Assembly (NCBI GenBank): GCA_963758295.1
Contig: CAVWUU010000001.1
Span: forward strand, 1 to 64,000
DNA from: Candidatus Eremiobacteria bacterium
GTDB lineage: Bacteria > Vulcanimicrobiota > Vulcanimicrobiia > Vulcanimicrobiales > Vulcanimicrobiaceae
DNA length: 64,000 nucleotides
Reading direction: 5' to 3'
Part shown: in pieces, positions 50,432-61,842 of the stretch
How the letters are laid out: every line of letters starts with the position of its first letter
Position numbering within the stretch: the stretch's first letter is position 1
The notes under the pieces: generated by a model
Seen by the model: only the letters and a program-made list of their open reading frames with translations
Database searches by the model: none
What the model was told of the DNA's origin: nothing
Position numbers and translations under genes: made by a program

Positions 50432-53268
50432 TTATTTCTTTTTGCGCGTGGTCGTCGTCGACTTCTTGCGAGTCGAAGTCTTTTTCACGGCCGGTGCGGC
50501 CGCGGACTTCGGCTCTTTCTTAGCGCGCGTCGTGCGCTTTGGCTTCTCCGCGACCGGTTTGGCGGCGGCTGTGGCGGTTGCGGTTTTCTTGGCGCGGGTC
50601 GTGCGCTTCGGTTTTACTTCCGCAGCGGCAGCCGCGGCCGGTTCGGCCTTCTTGCGGCCACGCTTTGGCTTCTGGGGCGCCGATTCGGTGGTGCCGCCGG
50701 AAAGTGCCGGGATGCGCTTTGCAGGCAGTTCTCCGCCCACGGCCGCTGCCGCCGTACGACGGCGACGAGCCGGTTTGGTGGGACGTGGCTCTTCCTCGCG
50801 CACGGTGAGGTGCGGCGGCGGAGCCTCGATGGCCGGCGGATGCGTGCGACGGGCCGGCGCAATGGCTCGCGACGGTTCCGGCGGTGCGGTCGTTCCGGTT
50901 GGATGCGCGGCGCCGTCGGCGCCTACGCGAAACACGTGGCGATCGGGAACCGGCGTCTGCGGTAGCGATCCCGTAAGGGGCTCGACCGGAGCGCCCGCGG
51001 GTGCCGCCGGTTGGCCGTTGGGAGCAAAGCCTTGTCCCGCACCACTGCGTCCGCGGCGACGGCGACGGCGGCGGCGGCGGCGATGACCATCGCCCTGTTG
51101 CTGCTCGTCGGGGCCGGCGAAGCGTTGTTCACCCTGAGCTTGCGGCTGTTGCGCGCCGCTCTCGAGCTCTTCGTCCTCGTCTTCATCCTCGTCGAACTCG
51201 GCGCTCTGCGCGGCGGCGCTCTGCGGCGGAATGCCGACCTGCGCTGCGGCTTCGAAGCCGTTGCCGCGGCCACGACCGCGTCCGCGACGCCGGCGGCGGC
51301 GTTTGCGGCCTTCGCGCGCTTCGTTTTCACCGATGATGATCGCGTCTTCTTGTTGCTCGCCTTTGACCTCGGCAACGAGCGGCGCGGTCTTCGGCTTCTT
51401 CTTCCTCGGTGACCGTCGTAATGCCGATCGGGGGACGCGCCTGGTGTTGAGACGCTGCCTCTTCGGCCAGTTCGCGAAGCTGCTGCGCTTCTTCGGTCGG
51501 CGAAAGTGCGCCCTTGTGCTTACCGCCGCGACGACGCTTCTTCTTCGCCGCCGCTACGCCGGCCGACACGAGTTCGGCAAGCACATAATCTTCGTTATCG
51601 TCGACGTCGAGAATGCGAATGCGCGCCGAGTTGCCCGCGTTGTTCGCGGCATTTTCAACTTCAACGAGATGTCCGCTAACGACCGCTGCGGCCGACGTCG
51701 GATTCGGAAGTCGGTCCCGACAGCAGCTCGACTTCGTGCTCGTCGCCGACACGAATGACGTGCGCCGAGTCGCTTGCGAAGCTCGAGAGCGGCTCGATGC
51801 GGCTGCGTTCGGGATGCAGCATCGGATCGACGCGAACGTGGATTTCGGTGCCGAGACGCTTCGAAAGCGCCACGCACTCGTCGTCGTACCAAAATTCCAT
51901 CTGCGCGCCGACCGACGGCGCGACTTTTACGACGACCGGTTCGTGACCCGATGACGACGCCGTTGCGCGAGAACTCGTCGCGTACGTTGCGGAACGTTTC
52001 GAATGGCGACGGATTGCGAAGACATGACCGTTCCCATGCCGTTGCACGTCGGACACGACCCGCGCAGTTGCGCACCCAGATCTTTGCCGATGCGCTTGCG
52101 CGTAAATTCAAGCAATCCCAAATTCGAAAACGATTGGATCGTCGCGCGCGTGCGATCGCGGCGCAGCCCGTCTTCCAGCGCTTTGATCACGCTGCTGCGA
52201 GACGATTCCGTCGCCATGTCGATGAAGTCGACGACGATGATGCCGCCGATGTCGCGCAAGCGGACCTGTCGCGCGATTTCGCCCGCAGCTTCGAGATTCG
52301 TTTTGAGAATCGTATCTTCGAGATTGCGGCCGCCGGTGAATTTTCCGGAGTTCACGTCGATGACGGTCAAGGCTTCGGTGGATTCGATGACGATGGAGCC
52401 GCCGGAAGGCAGATTTACTTTCGGCTTCATCAATTTCTGCAACTCTTCGGTGATCTTGTAATCGTCGAAGAGATTGCGGCCGGAATTGTAATGCTCGACG
52501 CGGTCGAGATATTGCGGGCCGAGCAACTGCAAAAACTCGCGGACCTTGCGGTACTCTTCTTCGTTGTCGATCGAGCACGCTTATCGACGTCTGCGGTAAC
52601 GAAATCGCGCGCCGCCTTGTACACGAGGTTCATGTCGCGATGCAGCAGCGACGGCGACGGCGCGCGCTTGAACGTTTCCAGAATGCCGTGCCACATGCGA
52701 ATCAGCACGCCAAGGTCGGCGATCAGTTCCGCTTCGCTCACGCCGGCCGCAGCCGTGCGAACGACCGTCGCCATGCCTTCCGGACGAATGCGCTTCATGA
52801 TCGCCTTGAGGCGATTGCGCTCATCGGCGGACTCGATCTTGCGCGAGACGCCGGAGTACTTGCCCGTCGGCATCAGAATCAAGATAGCGGCCGGGCAGCG
52901 AAATGTTGGTCGAAATCCGCGCGCCTTTGAGGCCGCGCGGCTCTTTGACGATCTGCACGAGAACGTCGTCGCCCTTTTTGACCTTCTCGCTGATCGTGAA
53001 GCCGGAATGCCCGTGCGTGACTTCGACGTCGCCGATGTTCAGCGGCTGCTTGTTGATATCGTCGACGTACAAGAAACGCGTTTCGTCCCAACCCGATGTC
53101 GACGAACGCCGCACCCATCCCGGGCAGAACGTTCTGTACTTTTCCTTTGTAGATCGAGCCGATGACTTTCTCTTCGCGCTCGATGTAGAGTTCGGCAAGC
53201 TCGCCGTTCTCCATGATGGCGACCCGGTTTTCCCATGGGTCGCTCGAGATTAAAATCTCGCTCGACAA
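50432..53268 (-). CDS. rne: Rne/Rng family ribonuclease with long disordered C-terminus (many frameshifts)
   Basis: IYKGKVQNVLPGMGAAFVDIG, QIVKEPRGLKGAR, TEALTVIDVNSG, RLRDIGGIIVVDFIDM, CPTCNG.G; followed by Arg-rich and K/A/T-rich tails. Confidence 0.9.
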
Positions 53269-53545
53269 ATTTTCCTCAAACCTCTAAAGGGGCGCCTTAT
53301 AGCAGACACCGGCCTTTAACTTTCGCGGCGACGACCCAGCGGTGATCCGGGATCGCTGCAGCCGCTAAAAAAATCCAAACTCCGTAGCCGGTGGATCTCG
53401 CAAGCTGCGAAACCGCCTCCCCGACGCTCCCGACCTTCACGGCGCATGGCAACCGGACCTTTAACGCAAACCAGGCAGAAGGTCTCTCGACAGATAGGCG
53501 TCGGAGCCTCAAAATTTAAACGAAGCAACCAAGGAGGGCTCCCGG

Positions 53546-54352
53546 ATGGCTGGTCCGGCGCCGGCGACCAATCGCCGGCTGTATTTTCGACAACCGATGT
53601 ACCTGCGGATTAATTTGCGGGTTGCCGGCGCACGCGTTGCCATTCCCGCCACCCTCGTGGATATCTCCGGCGGCGGCGCCCAGATCCATGCGCGAACGTT
53701 GCTCAAACCGCAAGCGTGGGTGGAATTCGAGCTGGCGCGCCCGGACGGCACGCCGCTTCAGCTTAAGGGGAGCATCCGAAAGGTCACTTACACCCCCGCA
53801 GACCGGACGTTCCGATATGCGGTGCATTTCGAATCGCTGGAGCCGGGTGTCCGCGAAACGCTGCTTCGCTTCGTCCTGGAAGAACAGCGCCGCGGGATCT
53901 CCGGTTCCAAAGCCGCGCTTGAGCTCTCGCCGTTGAAGAAAGCCTCAACGCGCCTTCGCGAGCTGCGCAAAGCGCACAGGGTCGAGGTCAACGTGCCGGT
54001 TCGGTACTCCATCGGCGATTCACCGAACGCCCAAGATGCGACGGCCATCGACGTGGGCACAGGCGGAATGCGGCTGATTCTCGATCAGGTCTTGCGCCAA
54101 GAGTGGCACGTTACGATTCGCTTCACCTTGCCGAACGACACCTTGAAAGCGCTCGCCCAATCACGCGGTGCGAGCGGCTCGGCGATGCGCCCGTTCTGCG
54201 AAGTCAAGTTCCTTGCGCGCCCTTTGCCCGGCGTAAAACAGTTGCGCGGACGGTTCGTGCAAAGCTTGGCATTCGTCAATCCCGATGCACGATACGCGGC
54301 CGAGATCGAGCGCTTCGTTCAAGCCACCCGGCTCACGTCACTCGCGCCTTAA
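53546..54352 (+). CDS. Tandem PilZ domain protein
   Basis: RRLYFR...DISGGG and RKAHR...DVGTGG c-di-GMP-binding motifs. Confidence 0.82.
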   Translation: MAGPAPATNRRLYFRQPMYLRINLRVAGARVAIPATLVDISGGGAQIHARTLLKPQAWVEFELARPDGTPLQLKGSIRKVTYTPADRTFRYAVHFESLEPGVRETLLRFVLEEQRRGISGSKAALELSPLKKASTRLRELRKAHRVEVNVPVRYSIGDSPNAQDATAIDVGTGGMRLILDQVLRQEWHVTIRFTLPNDTLKALAQSRGASGSAMRPFCEVKFLARPLPGVKQLRGRFVQSLAFVNPDARYAAEIERFVQATRLTSLAP

Positions 54353-54675
54353 TACGCGGCCGGCGCATAGACGTTGAACGTCAGCGCCTGTTGCGTTGAT
54401 TCATTGCGAAAACGATGCGGAACGTTGGGCGGGACGACGACGCAGTCGCCGGCGTTCATTACGAATTTTCGGTCGCCGATTTCCGCCGTCACCTCGCCTT
54501 CAACAACGTAAAGCACTTGCTCGCTTTGAGCGTGTTCGTTGCCCATCGGACCGCTAGCGGCGCCGGGCTCGAGCAGCATCGTGGCCGTTTGCAATTCGCT
54601 TCCCGTCTGCAAAACGGAGAACCACTCGGAGGAGTCGCGCACGTTGCGCGCTTCGATTTCGTCCTTACTCTGCAT
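54349..54675 (-). CDS. Cupin domain protein
   Basis: H...EQ..YV.EG, GD...VP...PH.F.N. Confidence 0.88.
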   Translation of the reverse strand: MQSKDEIEARNVRDSSEWFSVLQTGSELQTATMLLEPGAASGPMGNEHAQSEQVLYVVEGEVTAEIGDRKFVMNAGDCVVVPPNVPHRFRNESTQQALTFNVYAPAAY

Positions 54676-55735
54676 GCATGAAGCTCTTCCCGTTTCGGGC
54701 GGCTTCCATCACGGACTCGAACGGCCAAGGATAAGCCCAGCGAGCACGCTTGTAGAGTTCGACGTTTTTACGGCGGCCGCCGATATCGACTTTGGCACGA
54801 ACGAGCGCCGGCATCGCGAGCAACGGCTCGACGTCGGGAACGTCGAACTGCCAAAGGCCGTCGAGCTCTAGCTGCTCGAGCTTCTGCAGCCGCACGATCG
54901 GCGCCGGCGACGCAACGGTTAAATGTTCGAGCGATAAAGCCCGCAACGAACGAGGAAGCAGCGTTAAATTGGGCGCGACGCCTGTGTGCGCAAGACGCAG
55001 GGCCAATAAGTCCGGGGCACCGCCCAGGGCGACGGAACGAGCATGACTGCAATCCAAAGCTTGAAGCGTCTGCGGCAAGATCGCCGCGTCAACGTGAATA
55101 TTTCGCGCAGCTATACGAAGAGAACGCACGTTGGGAAATCGCTTCAGTATTGGGACGAGGTCCATCGGCGCCTCAAGCGACAACTGCAAAACCGAAGGCA
55201 ACGGCTCGCCGGCATACGATGCAGAGATTGCCACGCACCGCACCGGCAGGTCTCGTAAGGACGAGAGCTGCGCTACGGCTTCACCGGCAACACGTACGGC
55301 GAGGCTTTCCTGAGTCCGGACGTGTTCGCGAACGCGCTGCAACGTCGAACGGTCGAGTGGCACGTCCCACGAAAGCGTGGACCCGGCCACGTTGTCACCA
55401 TTGCGAATGGACAATACGCGAACCGGTTCTTGCGCGAACGGCAGCCGTTGCAAGCGCGCAGCAACGAGCCGTTCCGCGAGTGAAGCAGGGATCCAGTCAT
55501 GATTCTCTGGGGCGATATCCGGGACGGCGCGCCCTTGCTGCCGCTGCTTCCAGCGGTGGAAGACCAGGGCGCGATCGCTGACGCGCAACGCAGCAACGGG
55601 AGTCGAAGCATCTGCGTCTTCGAACGCGGCAATGTCTACGACGTGATGGCGCACACGTACCAAACAAATCGGCGCAACGGATCGATCTCCGAGCGGCAAA
55701 TCGAACCACTCGCCTTCGCGATACGGCAATTTCAC
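54665..55735 (-). CDS. Hypothetical protein with Imm26-like N-terminus and leucine-rich repeats (start uncertain)
   Basis: KLPYREGEWFDLPL N-terminus; repeated LxxLxL segments. Confidence 0.5.
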   Translation of the reverse strand: MKLPYREGEWFDLPLGDRSVAPICLVRVRHHVVDIAAFEDADASTPVAALRVSDRALVFHRWKQRQQGRAVPDIAPENHDWIPASLAERLVAARLQRLPFAQEPVRVLSIRNGDNVAGSTLSWDVPLDRSTLQRVREHVRTQESLAVRVAGEAVAQLSSLRDLPVRCVAISASYAGEPLPSVLQLSLEAPMDLVPILKRFPNVRSLRIAARNIHVDAAILPQTLQALDCSHARSVALGGAPDLLALRLAHTGVAPNLTLLPRSLRALSLEHLTVASPAPIVRLQKLEQLELDGLWQFDVPDVEPLLAMPALVRAKVDIGGRRKNVELYKRARWAYPWPFESVMEAARNGKSFMHAE

Positions 55736-55778
55736 GGCGTCAAGTGATTGCGGCCATGCCGCGGCGAACCCTGGGGAG

Positions 55779-56381
55779 GTGGGCACGCAGCGCAGCGCAG
55801 GCCGCCGGTTCGATCACGATTACGGCGTCACCACGCAGGCCATTCTGTTTTTGACCGATCTGGATCCCGACGCAGTGGGCGACGCCGGATCGCATGCAAC
55901 CCATTACGAGCCCGTGCCCGTCGGCGATTTCCGCTCGCTCATTTCGCTTGTGCCAAAAGACGTGATCGCGCACTCCACATTCGTCGACGTAGGCGCCGGA
56001 ATGGGGCGCGCGGTGCTCTTGGCATGCGAGTACTCCTTCGCGCGGGTTACCGGCATCGAAGTTTCGCCGGGTCTCTTCGAGGTCGCTCGGGAGAACATTG
56101 CGCGCGCCTCCCGCCGTCGCCGCCGATGCAACGATTTGCGGATCGTGCGCGCCGATGGGCGGATCTGGAATTATCCGCCGGGCGATCTGGTCGTCTTTAT
56201 GTATAACCCGTTCGATTCCGAAGCCATGCGCGCGACGCTCGGCGCGGTTGCGCACCGGCGCAGCCCCGGGGCCACATGGCTGCTGTACCACACGCCGGTT
56301 GAGCGTAAAATAATCGATGATGATCCACATTGGGTCGAAATCGGTGCGACGGCGGCAGGGATCGTCTATCGGCACGACTAG
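55779..56381 (+). CDS. Class I SAM-dependent methyltransferase
   Basis: FVDVGAGMGR, GIE, MYNPF. Confidence 0.88.
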   Translation: MGTQRSAGRRFDHDYGVTTQAILFLTDLDPDAVGDAGSHATHYEPVPVGDFRSLISLVPKDVIAHSTFVDVGAGMGRAVLLACEYSFARVTGIEVSPGLFEVARENIARASRRRRRCNDLRIVRADGRIWNYPPGDLVVFMYNPFDSEAMRATLGAVAHRRSPGATWLLYHTPVERKIIDDDPHWVEIGATAAGIVYRHD

Positions 56382-59065
56382 CGGGCGCACGCTTCCTACC
56401 GGAACCGTCACGTTCTTGTTTTCGGACATCGAAGGCAGCACCGCGCGGTGGGAGGCGAATCACGAGGCGATGCAACGGGCGTTGCGCCGTCACGATGAAA
56501 TCGTGCACGACATCGTCCGCCGCTCCAACGGTTACGTCTTTAAAACCGTCGGTGACGAGTTTTGCACCGCGTTCCAACATGCGGCCGATGCGGTGGCGGC
56601 CGCTCTCGCGATTCAGCAACAACTGGCGGCGGAAGATTTCGACGACGTAAGCGGCTTGCGCGTTCGCATTGCGTTGCACCGCGGAAAGACCGATGAGCGC
56701 GGCGGCGATTACTACGGGCCGCCCGTTAATCGCGTTGCGCGGCTACTCGCCACCGGGCACGGCGGTCAAATACTGCTTTCCGGTGCGGTTGAGGACGCCG
56801 TGTCCCGTGCGCTTCCCGCACAAGCGCATCTGATCGACCTTGGCTGGCACCGTCTCAAAGATTTAGAAGAGCCGGAGCACGTTTTTCAGCTTGGCACGCC
56901 GGAGCTAGAAGAATCGTTCGCCCCGCTCAAATCACTGAATACCGGCGCGCATAATCTGCCGCAGCAGACGACGACGTTCGTGGGACGCGAGACCGACGTA
57001 GCGGAGCTCGAAGGACTGTTAGGGCAAGTGCCGCTTGTGTCGGTCGTAGGCGCCGGCGGCGTTGGAAAAACCAGGCTCGCCTTGCAAGTTGCCGCGGACG
57101 TGTTGCACGATTTTCGCGACGGCGTTTGGTTCGTCGATCTGGCGCCGATCTCGGATCCCGATCTCGTGGAAAGCACTATCCTTACGAGCCTCGGCGTCGG
57201 ACAGAGCGGCAATCGTTCGGCGCGCGACGCGCTCGTGCAGCACGTTGCTTCCCGTCATCTCTTGATCGTTCTCGACAATTGCGAGCATCTGATCCACGCC
57301 GTTGCCGCCGTGGTCGCAGCGGTGCTCGCGGCATCACATTCGCTCCGATTGCTGGCGACAACGCGCGAACCGCTGAATATCTCGGGAGAAACGGTCTACC
57401 GTCTGCAAACCCTCGGCCTCGCGGAAGCGACGCAGTTGTTCGTCGATCGCGCGCGTTCTGCAGCGGCCGACTTTACCGTATCGGAAAGCACGATCCCGGT
57501 CATCGAGGAAATCTGCCGGCGTGTCGACGGGCTTGCGTTAGCGATCGAACTGGCCGCAACGCGCGTACGCGCCCTCTCGCTTCAGGAGATCGATAAACGG
57601 CTGGATGCCCGCTTTAGAATCCTGCGCGGCGGAGACCGAACGGCCTTGCCAAGGCAGCAAACGTTGCACGCTCTCATCGACTGGAGCCACGAACTCCTCA
57701 ACGACGTCGAAAAAATTCTCTTCCGGCGCCTCGCCGTGTTCTCCGGAAGTTTCACGCTCACCGCCGTGACGGAAGTTTGCACGAACGACGATCTCGATGA
57801 ATACGACACTACCGACGTGTTGCTTGCGCTCGTTGAAAAGTCGCTCGTGGTCGTGGATGCATCGAATGCGCGAACAAGATACCGGCTACTGCAGTCGATT
57901 CAAGATTACGCTCACGAACGAATCGACGAGGCGCGGGAATGCGACGCGGTCTCCCGATGTCACGCTATGTACTTCGCCGGCTTCACGGAAGATGCATACG
58001 AAGAGTGGGATACGAATCCGGCCCCCGATTGGCTTGCCCGCACCGGTGCCGAGCTCGATAATATTCGCGGCGCGCTCTCGTGGGCCATTACCGAGAACCA
58101 CGATCGCCCTACCGGCGAGCGGATCGTTGCAAGTGCCTTGCCGATCTTTTTACGTCTTGCATTGCTCGATGAAGCGATCCAATGGGCGCAACGGGCCCTT
58201 TCAAGCAGTGCCGCGATTCCGCTTAACGTCGAGGGCCGTTTACAGCTCGCGCTCTCGATGCTCTACAATAACGAGCTCGACGAAACACAGGCGTTGGCAG
58301 CGGCGGAACGAGCCGCATTGTTACTCTCGCAAACTCCGGACGTCAGTCAAACCGTCCGCGCATACGGGCAGCTCGCGCAAGCCTATGCGAGGCAACAACG
58401 CTGGGAAGATGCGCAACATTATGGATCGGATGCCCTATTCCGCGCAAGGTCGCTGGGAGACCCTGAGACTTCTTGCGATCACGCTGCAACGCGCAGCAAT
58501 AACCTACCGGCCAGACGAAATCTCCGACGCGCGGACACACTTTGCCGAGGCAGTAGCGCTTTTCGAATCCATCGGTAGAAACGACGATACGGGAAAATGC
58601 CTTATGTGGTGGGCCGCAGCCGAAGCCGAAGTACGGAATATGGAACGCGCAATGCAGCTCCTGCAGCGCGCGCTTCCTTTAGTAAGCGGAGACGTGCGTC
58701 TTTTTGCGCTGCTGAATATTGGTGAATACGCCCTGCTTCAAAACGAATATCCGGCAGCTCTTGCGTGGGCGAAGGATGCGTTCAAACTCGCTATGGAACA
58801 CCGGCACACCGGAGCAGAAGCGCTCGCTGCTGCCTTTGCTGCGGCGGCAACCGGCGACGAGACGCTAAAGGCCGTTAGGCTGTACAGCTTTGCGCGCACG
58901 CATTTTCCTGGAAATCAATGGCCGCCGCCGCAATACGGAAGCGCGCCGTTCGAGCGCCTCGAACAATCAATAGCATTGCTGCCTTCTGACGAAAGGGCCG
59001 CAGCGGAGCAGGAGGGACGCGGCTGGAGCGCCGACCGCGCTTTCGCCGAAGTTCTAGACGGCTAA
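56317..59065 (+). CDS. Adenylate/guanylate cyclase + STAND ATPase + helical repeat protein (frameshift near 58465; start uncertain)
   Basis: FLFSDIEGST, KTVGDEF, NRVARL, GAGGVGKT, LDNCEH, GLALAIELAA, RQQTL..LIDWS. Confidence 0.9.
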
Positions 59066-59565
59066 CACGGCAGAATCCCGTGACCGCCTTCCGGTCGCCG
59101 TCGATGCAACGCGCCCGGAATCGAGGGGTCGCTGCATTGCTGCGTCATCGTAAAGCTGCCGGTTTCTCCGGAGCAGCCGCTATACGACGTGTAGGCCCCG
59201 TTGAAATCTCCAGTGCTGTTGTCATACGTTCCGTTGACTTTGAAGCCGCAGGTATTTGCGTTCGACGGCACGGTGGCGATGGCGCTCCCCGTAATGTTTC
59301 CGCTGAGATCGATCGTGATCGCAAGCGAATTCGAAATCGTCGTTGCGCCGAACGTTTCGGTGAGCGTTCCGCCGATCGAGGAAGCGGTCTGCGAGAGCGT
59401 GACGGCCGCACTGCCGCTGCCGAAAACGGAATCCGTTGCGGTTCCGGTATATTCGCCGGCGATCTGCGAAACGGTAGGCGGATTACTCGGCGGGTTGCTG
59501 TTGCCGTTACACGCGGATAGCGTAAGTACGAGAACGAGCAACGCGGCAAGGGACGGGACGCGCAT
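59062..59565 (-). CDS. Hypothetical lipoprotein
   Basis: AAGGAG RBS, lipobox LSAC, Ser/Thr/Gly-rich beta protein. Confidence 0.75.
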   Translation of the reverse strand: MRVPSLAALLVLVLTLSACNGNSNPPSNPPTVSQIAGEYTGTATDSVFGSGSAAVTLSQTASSIGGTLTETFGATTISNSLAITIDLSGNITGSAIATVPSNANTCGFKVNGTYDNSTGDFNGAYTSYSGCSGETGSFTMTQQCSDPSIPGALHRRRPEGGHGILPC

Positions 59566-59652
59566 GGTGTAGCTCCTTGTTTCTACGACGAACGCGTTTG
59601 CGTGCGCGGCAGCGTGCCTCCTTGAGACCTAAGGCCTTACTTGCTACGCGGG

Positions 59653-60786
59653 TTAGGCGTTTCCGAGAACGTCGCGATCTTTTTGCGAGTAAATATTGAG
59701 CAGCACGCCGACTGCCGCGAAATTGGTCAGGATCGCCGACCCGCCATAAGACATGAAGGGCAAGGGAATGCCCGTGATCGGCATGATCCCGATCGTCATG
59801 CCGACGTTTACCATCACATGGAAAAAGAACATCGCGACGATGCCGGCGGCCAGCAAGAAGCCGAAGCGATCGCGCGCCGCAATCATCGTTCGCACGCCGC
59901 CATAGAGAACCAACCCGTACAACGCGATGAGCATCACGGCCCCGAGAAAGCCAAGCTCTTCGGCGAGCACCGTGAAGATGAAATCGCGGGAATGCTCCGG
60001 CACGAAGTTGAGCTGGGTCTGCGTTCCATGATGCAAGCCGCGCCCGAGCCAACCGCCGTTTCCAACAGCGATTTTCGATTGATTCAAGTTGTAGCCGGCG
60101 CCTTGCGGATCGGCCTTCGGGTTCAAGAACACGAATAATCGCGCTTTTTGGAACGGCTTCAGCACCGCGTTCGTCCCAACGGCTGCAGCGGCTGCGGTCA
60201 CGACGCCCATCAAATAAATCGCGAAATCACCGAGCTTCGGTAAGCCGAAAAACAATTCGGAGCTCAGAATCGCCAGCACGACAAGCGAAGTTCCCAAGTC
60301 CGGCTGCTTCAGGATCAACAGGGCCGGAATGGCGACAGTCACGAGCGGCTTCCACAGATCCTGGATGCGGTCGTAGGTCGATCGGCACAACACCGCCGCG
60401 ATGCAAATCGCGAGAATCAGCTTCGCCGGTTCGGAAGGCTGGAACGTACCGAGCGGTCCAAGGGAAATCCAGCGCTGCGCACCGAGCGCCGAATGCCCTC
60501 CGCGCAAAATGAACAGCAGCAGCAGCAAGTTCACGACGTAGAGTCCCGGAGCCCATCGCTGCCAGTTCTTGTAGTCGATGAAGGAGAAGCCGACCATGAG
60601 GGGCACGCCCAGGAACAGGTAGATGATCTGCTTCTTGTATTCGCCGGCGGCGTCGGTATTGTGCAGATCCGCCGACTGGATGCACACGATTCCGAGCAGC
60701 GTCAACACGACGCAGCCGATGGCCAGCGACCAATTGAAGTTTCGCACGTACCGCCGTGCGCCGATATTGAGAGTCAGGCTAGCCAA
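59653..60786 (-). CDS. rodA: Rod shape-determining SEDS protein RodA
   Basis: GAQRWI, FQPSE.AK, KQPDLGT, QSKIAVG.GG, PEHSRDFIF, PITGIPLPFMSYGGS; lies after minE. Confidence 0.93.
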   Translation of the reverse strand: MASLTLNIGARRYVRNFNWSLAIGCVVLTLLGIVCIQSADLHNTDAAGEYKKQIIYLFLGVPLMVGFSFIDYKNWQRWAPGLYVVNLLLLLFILRGGHSALGAQRWISLGPLGTFQPSEPAKLILAICIAAVLCRSTYDRIQDLWKPLVTVAIPALLILKQPDLGTSLVVLAILSSELFFGLPKLGDFAIYLMGVVTAAAAAVGTNAVLKPFQKARLFVFLNPKADPQGAGYNLNQSKIAVGNGGWLGRGLHHGTQTQLNFVPEHSRDFIFTVLAEELGFLGAVMLIALYGLVLYGGVRTMIAARDRFGFLLAAGIVAMFFFHVMVNVGMTIGIMPITGIPLPFMSYGGSAILTNFAAVGVLLNIYSQKDRDVLGNA

Positions 60787-61379
60787 TCTACGTCACCGTG
60801 CGCGACGATGCTGCGGAACGTCAAATTGATCCGCGGCATCTGGACCGTCCGCTGCTTCGGGACGGAATGCTTCCAACACTCCTGTGTCGCGCCGCGCATG
60901 ACGAGCAAGCTGCCGCTTTCGAGGACGATCTCCACCCGATCGCCGGTTTTGCGGTGGCGGAGGAGAAAGCGGCGCGGTGCGCCGAGCGATAGCGAAGCAA
61001 TGACCGGCTGCTCGCCGAGCTCCGGCTCATCGTCGGCATGCCACCCATTGGAGTCGGAGCCGTCGCGATACAGGTTCGCCAGCACGCTGTTGAACGAAAC
61101 TCGCGCCGTCCTCTCGACGCGTTTGCGAAGCGCCTGTAACTCGGGCGTCCAGGGCAGCGGTTCGTGCGCGAGGCCGGAGTAGCTGTAGGCTGCCCCCGTA
61201 TCTCCATACCACGCTTCAAGCCGCGGGGCGTTCACGATGCGCCCGAAGATCCGCAATTGCGGCTGCTGCCACGCCAGCGTCTCATGCAATGCACGGAACG
61301 CGGCTTCCGATTCGCCCTCGGAAAGAAACCGCGCGACGTAGAGTGCTTCTCCGTCGCGCGATAAGAGGCTCGAGCTAAT
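60774..61379 (-). CDS. alkB: AlkB-family 2OG-Fe(II) dioxygenase (possible ATT start)
   Basis: PRL.AWYGD, NLYRDG.DS.GWHADDE, SLSLG..R.F, HSVPK, RINLTFR. Confidence 0.9.
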   Translation of the reverse strand: MSSSLLSRDGEALYVARFLSEGESEAAFRALHETLAWQQPQLRIFGRIVNAPRLEAWYGDTGAAYSYSGLAHEPLPWTPELQALRKRVERTARVSFNSVLANLYRDGSDSNGWHADDEPELGEQPVIASLSLGAPRRFLLRHRKTGDRVEIVLESGSLLVMRGATQECWKHSVPKQRTVQMPRINLTFRSIVAHGDVDWLA

Positions 61380-61842
61380 GTGCGGTCGCCGGTTTCGGCT
61401 GCCCGCCGCCCTTCTTGCGGCGTTTTCGCGGTCTCGCGGGCGGCGCGCCGGAGGCAATCGTCGATTCGCCGGCATCATCGGGCTCTTCGTCCGCGAATTC
61501 AGCCGCGGCCTCAACCGCGACCGGTTCAGCCGGCGCTTCCGCCTTTGGATCCTGGGGCTTGGCTTCGCCGCTACCGCCGCCGCCGCTCGGACGATTGACG
61601 GCGCGAATCGGAATGTTCGCCAGCATCGCGAGCGCCTTGTCCTCGCGCTCGAAGTTCACTTCGACCTTCTCTTGGTCGACCTCGACGTAGCGCGAAATCA
61701 CTTCGACGAGATCGCGCTTCATCTGGTCGATCAACTCCGGCGCTAGCGCCAGATGATCGGTCATCAGCACGAGCCGCAGACGTTCTTTTGCGGTCGCTCC
61801 GGAATTCGATTGCCCGAAAAGCTTTCTAACCCAGTCGATCAT
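61375..61842 (-). CDS. minE: Cell division topological specificity factor MinE with extended C-terminal tail
   Basis: SGATAKERLRLVL..D, LVEVISRYV, ANIPI. Confidence 0.93.
   Translation of the reverse strand: MIDWVRKLFGQSNSGATAKERLRLVLMTDHLALAPELIDQMKRDLVEVISRYVEVDQEKVEVNFEREDKALAMLANIPIRAVNRPSGGGGSGEAKPQDPKAEAPAEPVAVEAAAEFADEEPDDAGESTIASGAPPARPRKRRKKGGGQPKPATAH

Noticed and set aside
56317..59065. STAND ATPase as a novel anti-phage system
   Set aside because: The cyclase-ATPase-repeat architecture is a common signalling family, and there is no defence-island context here.
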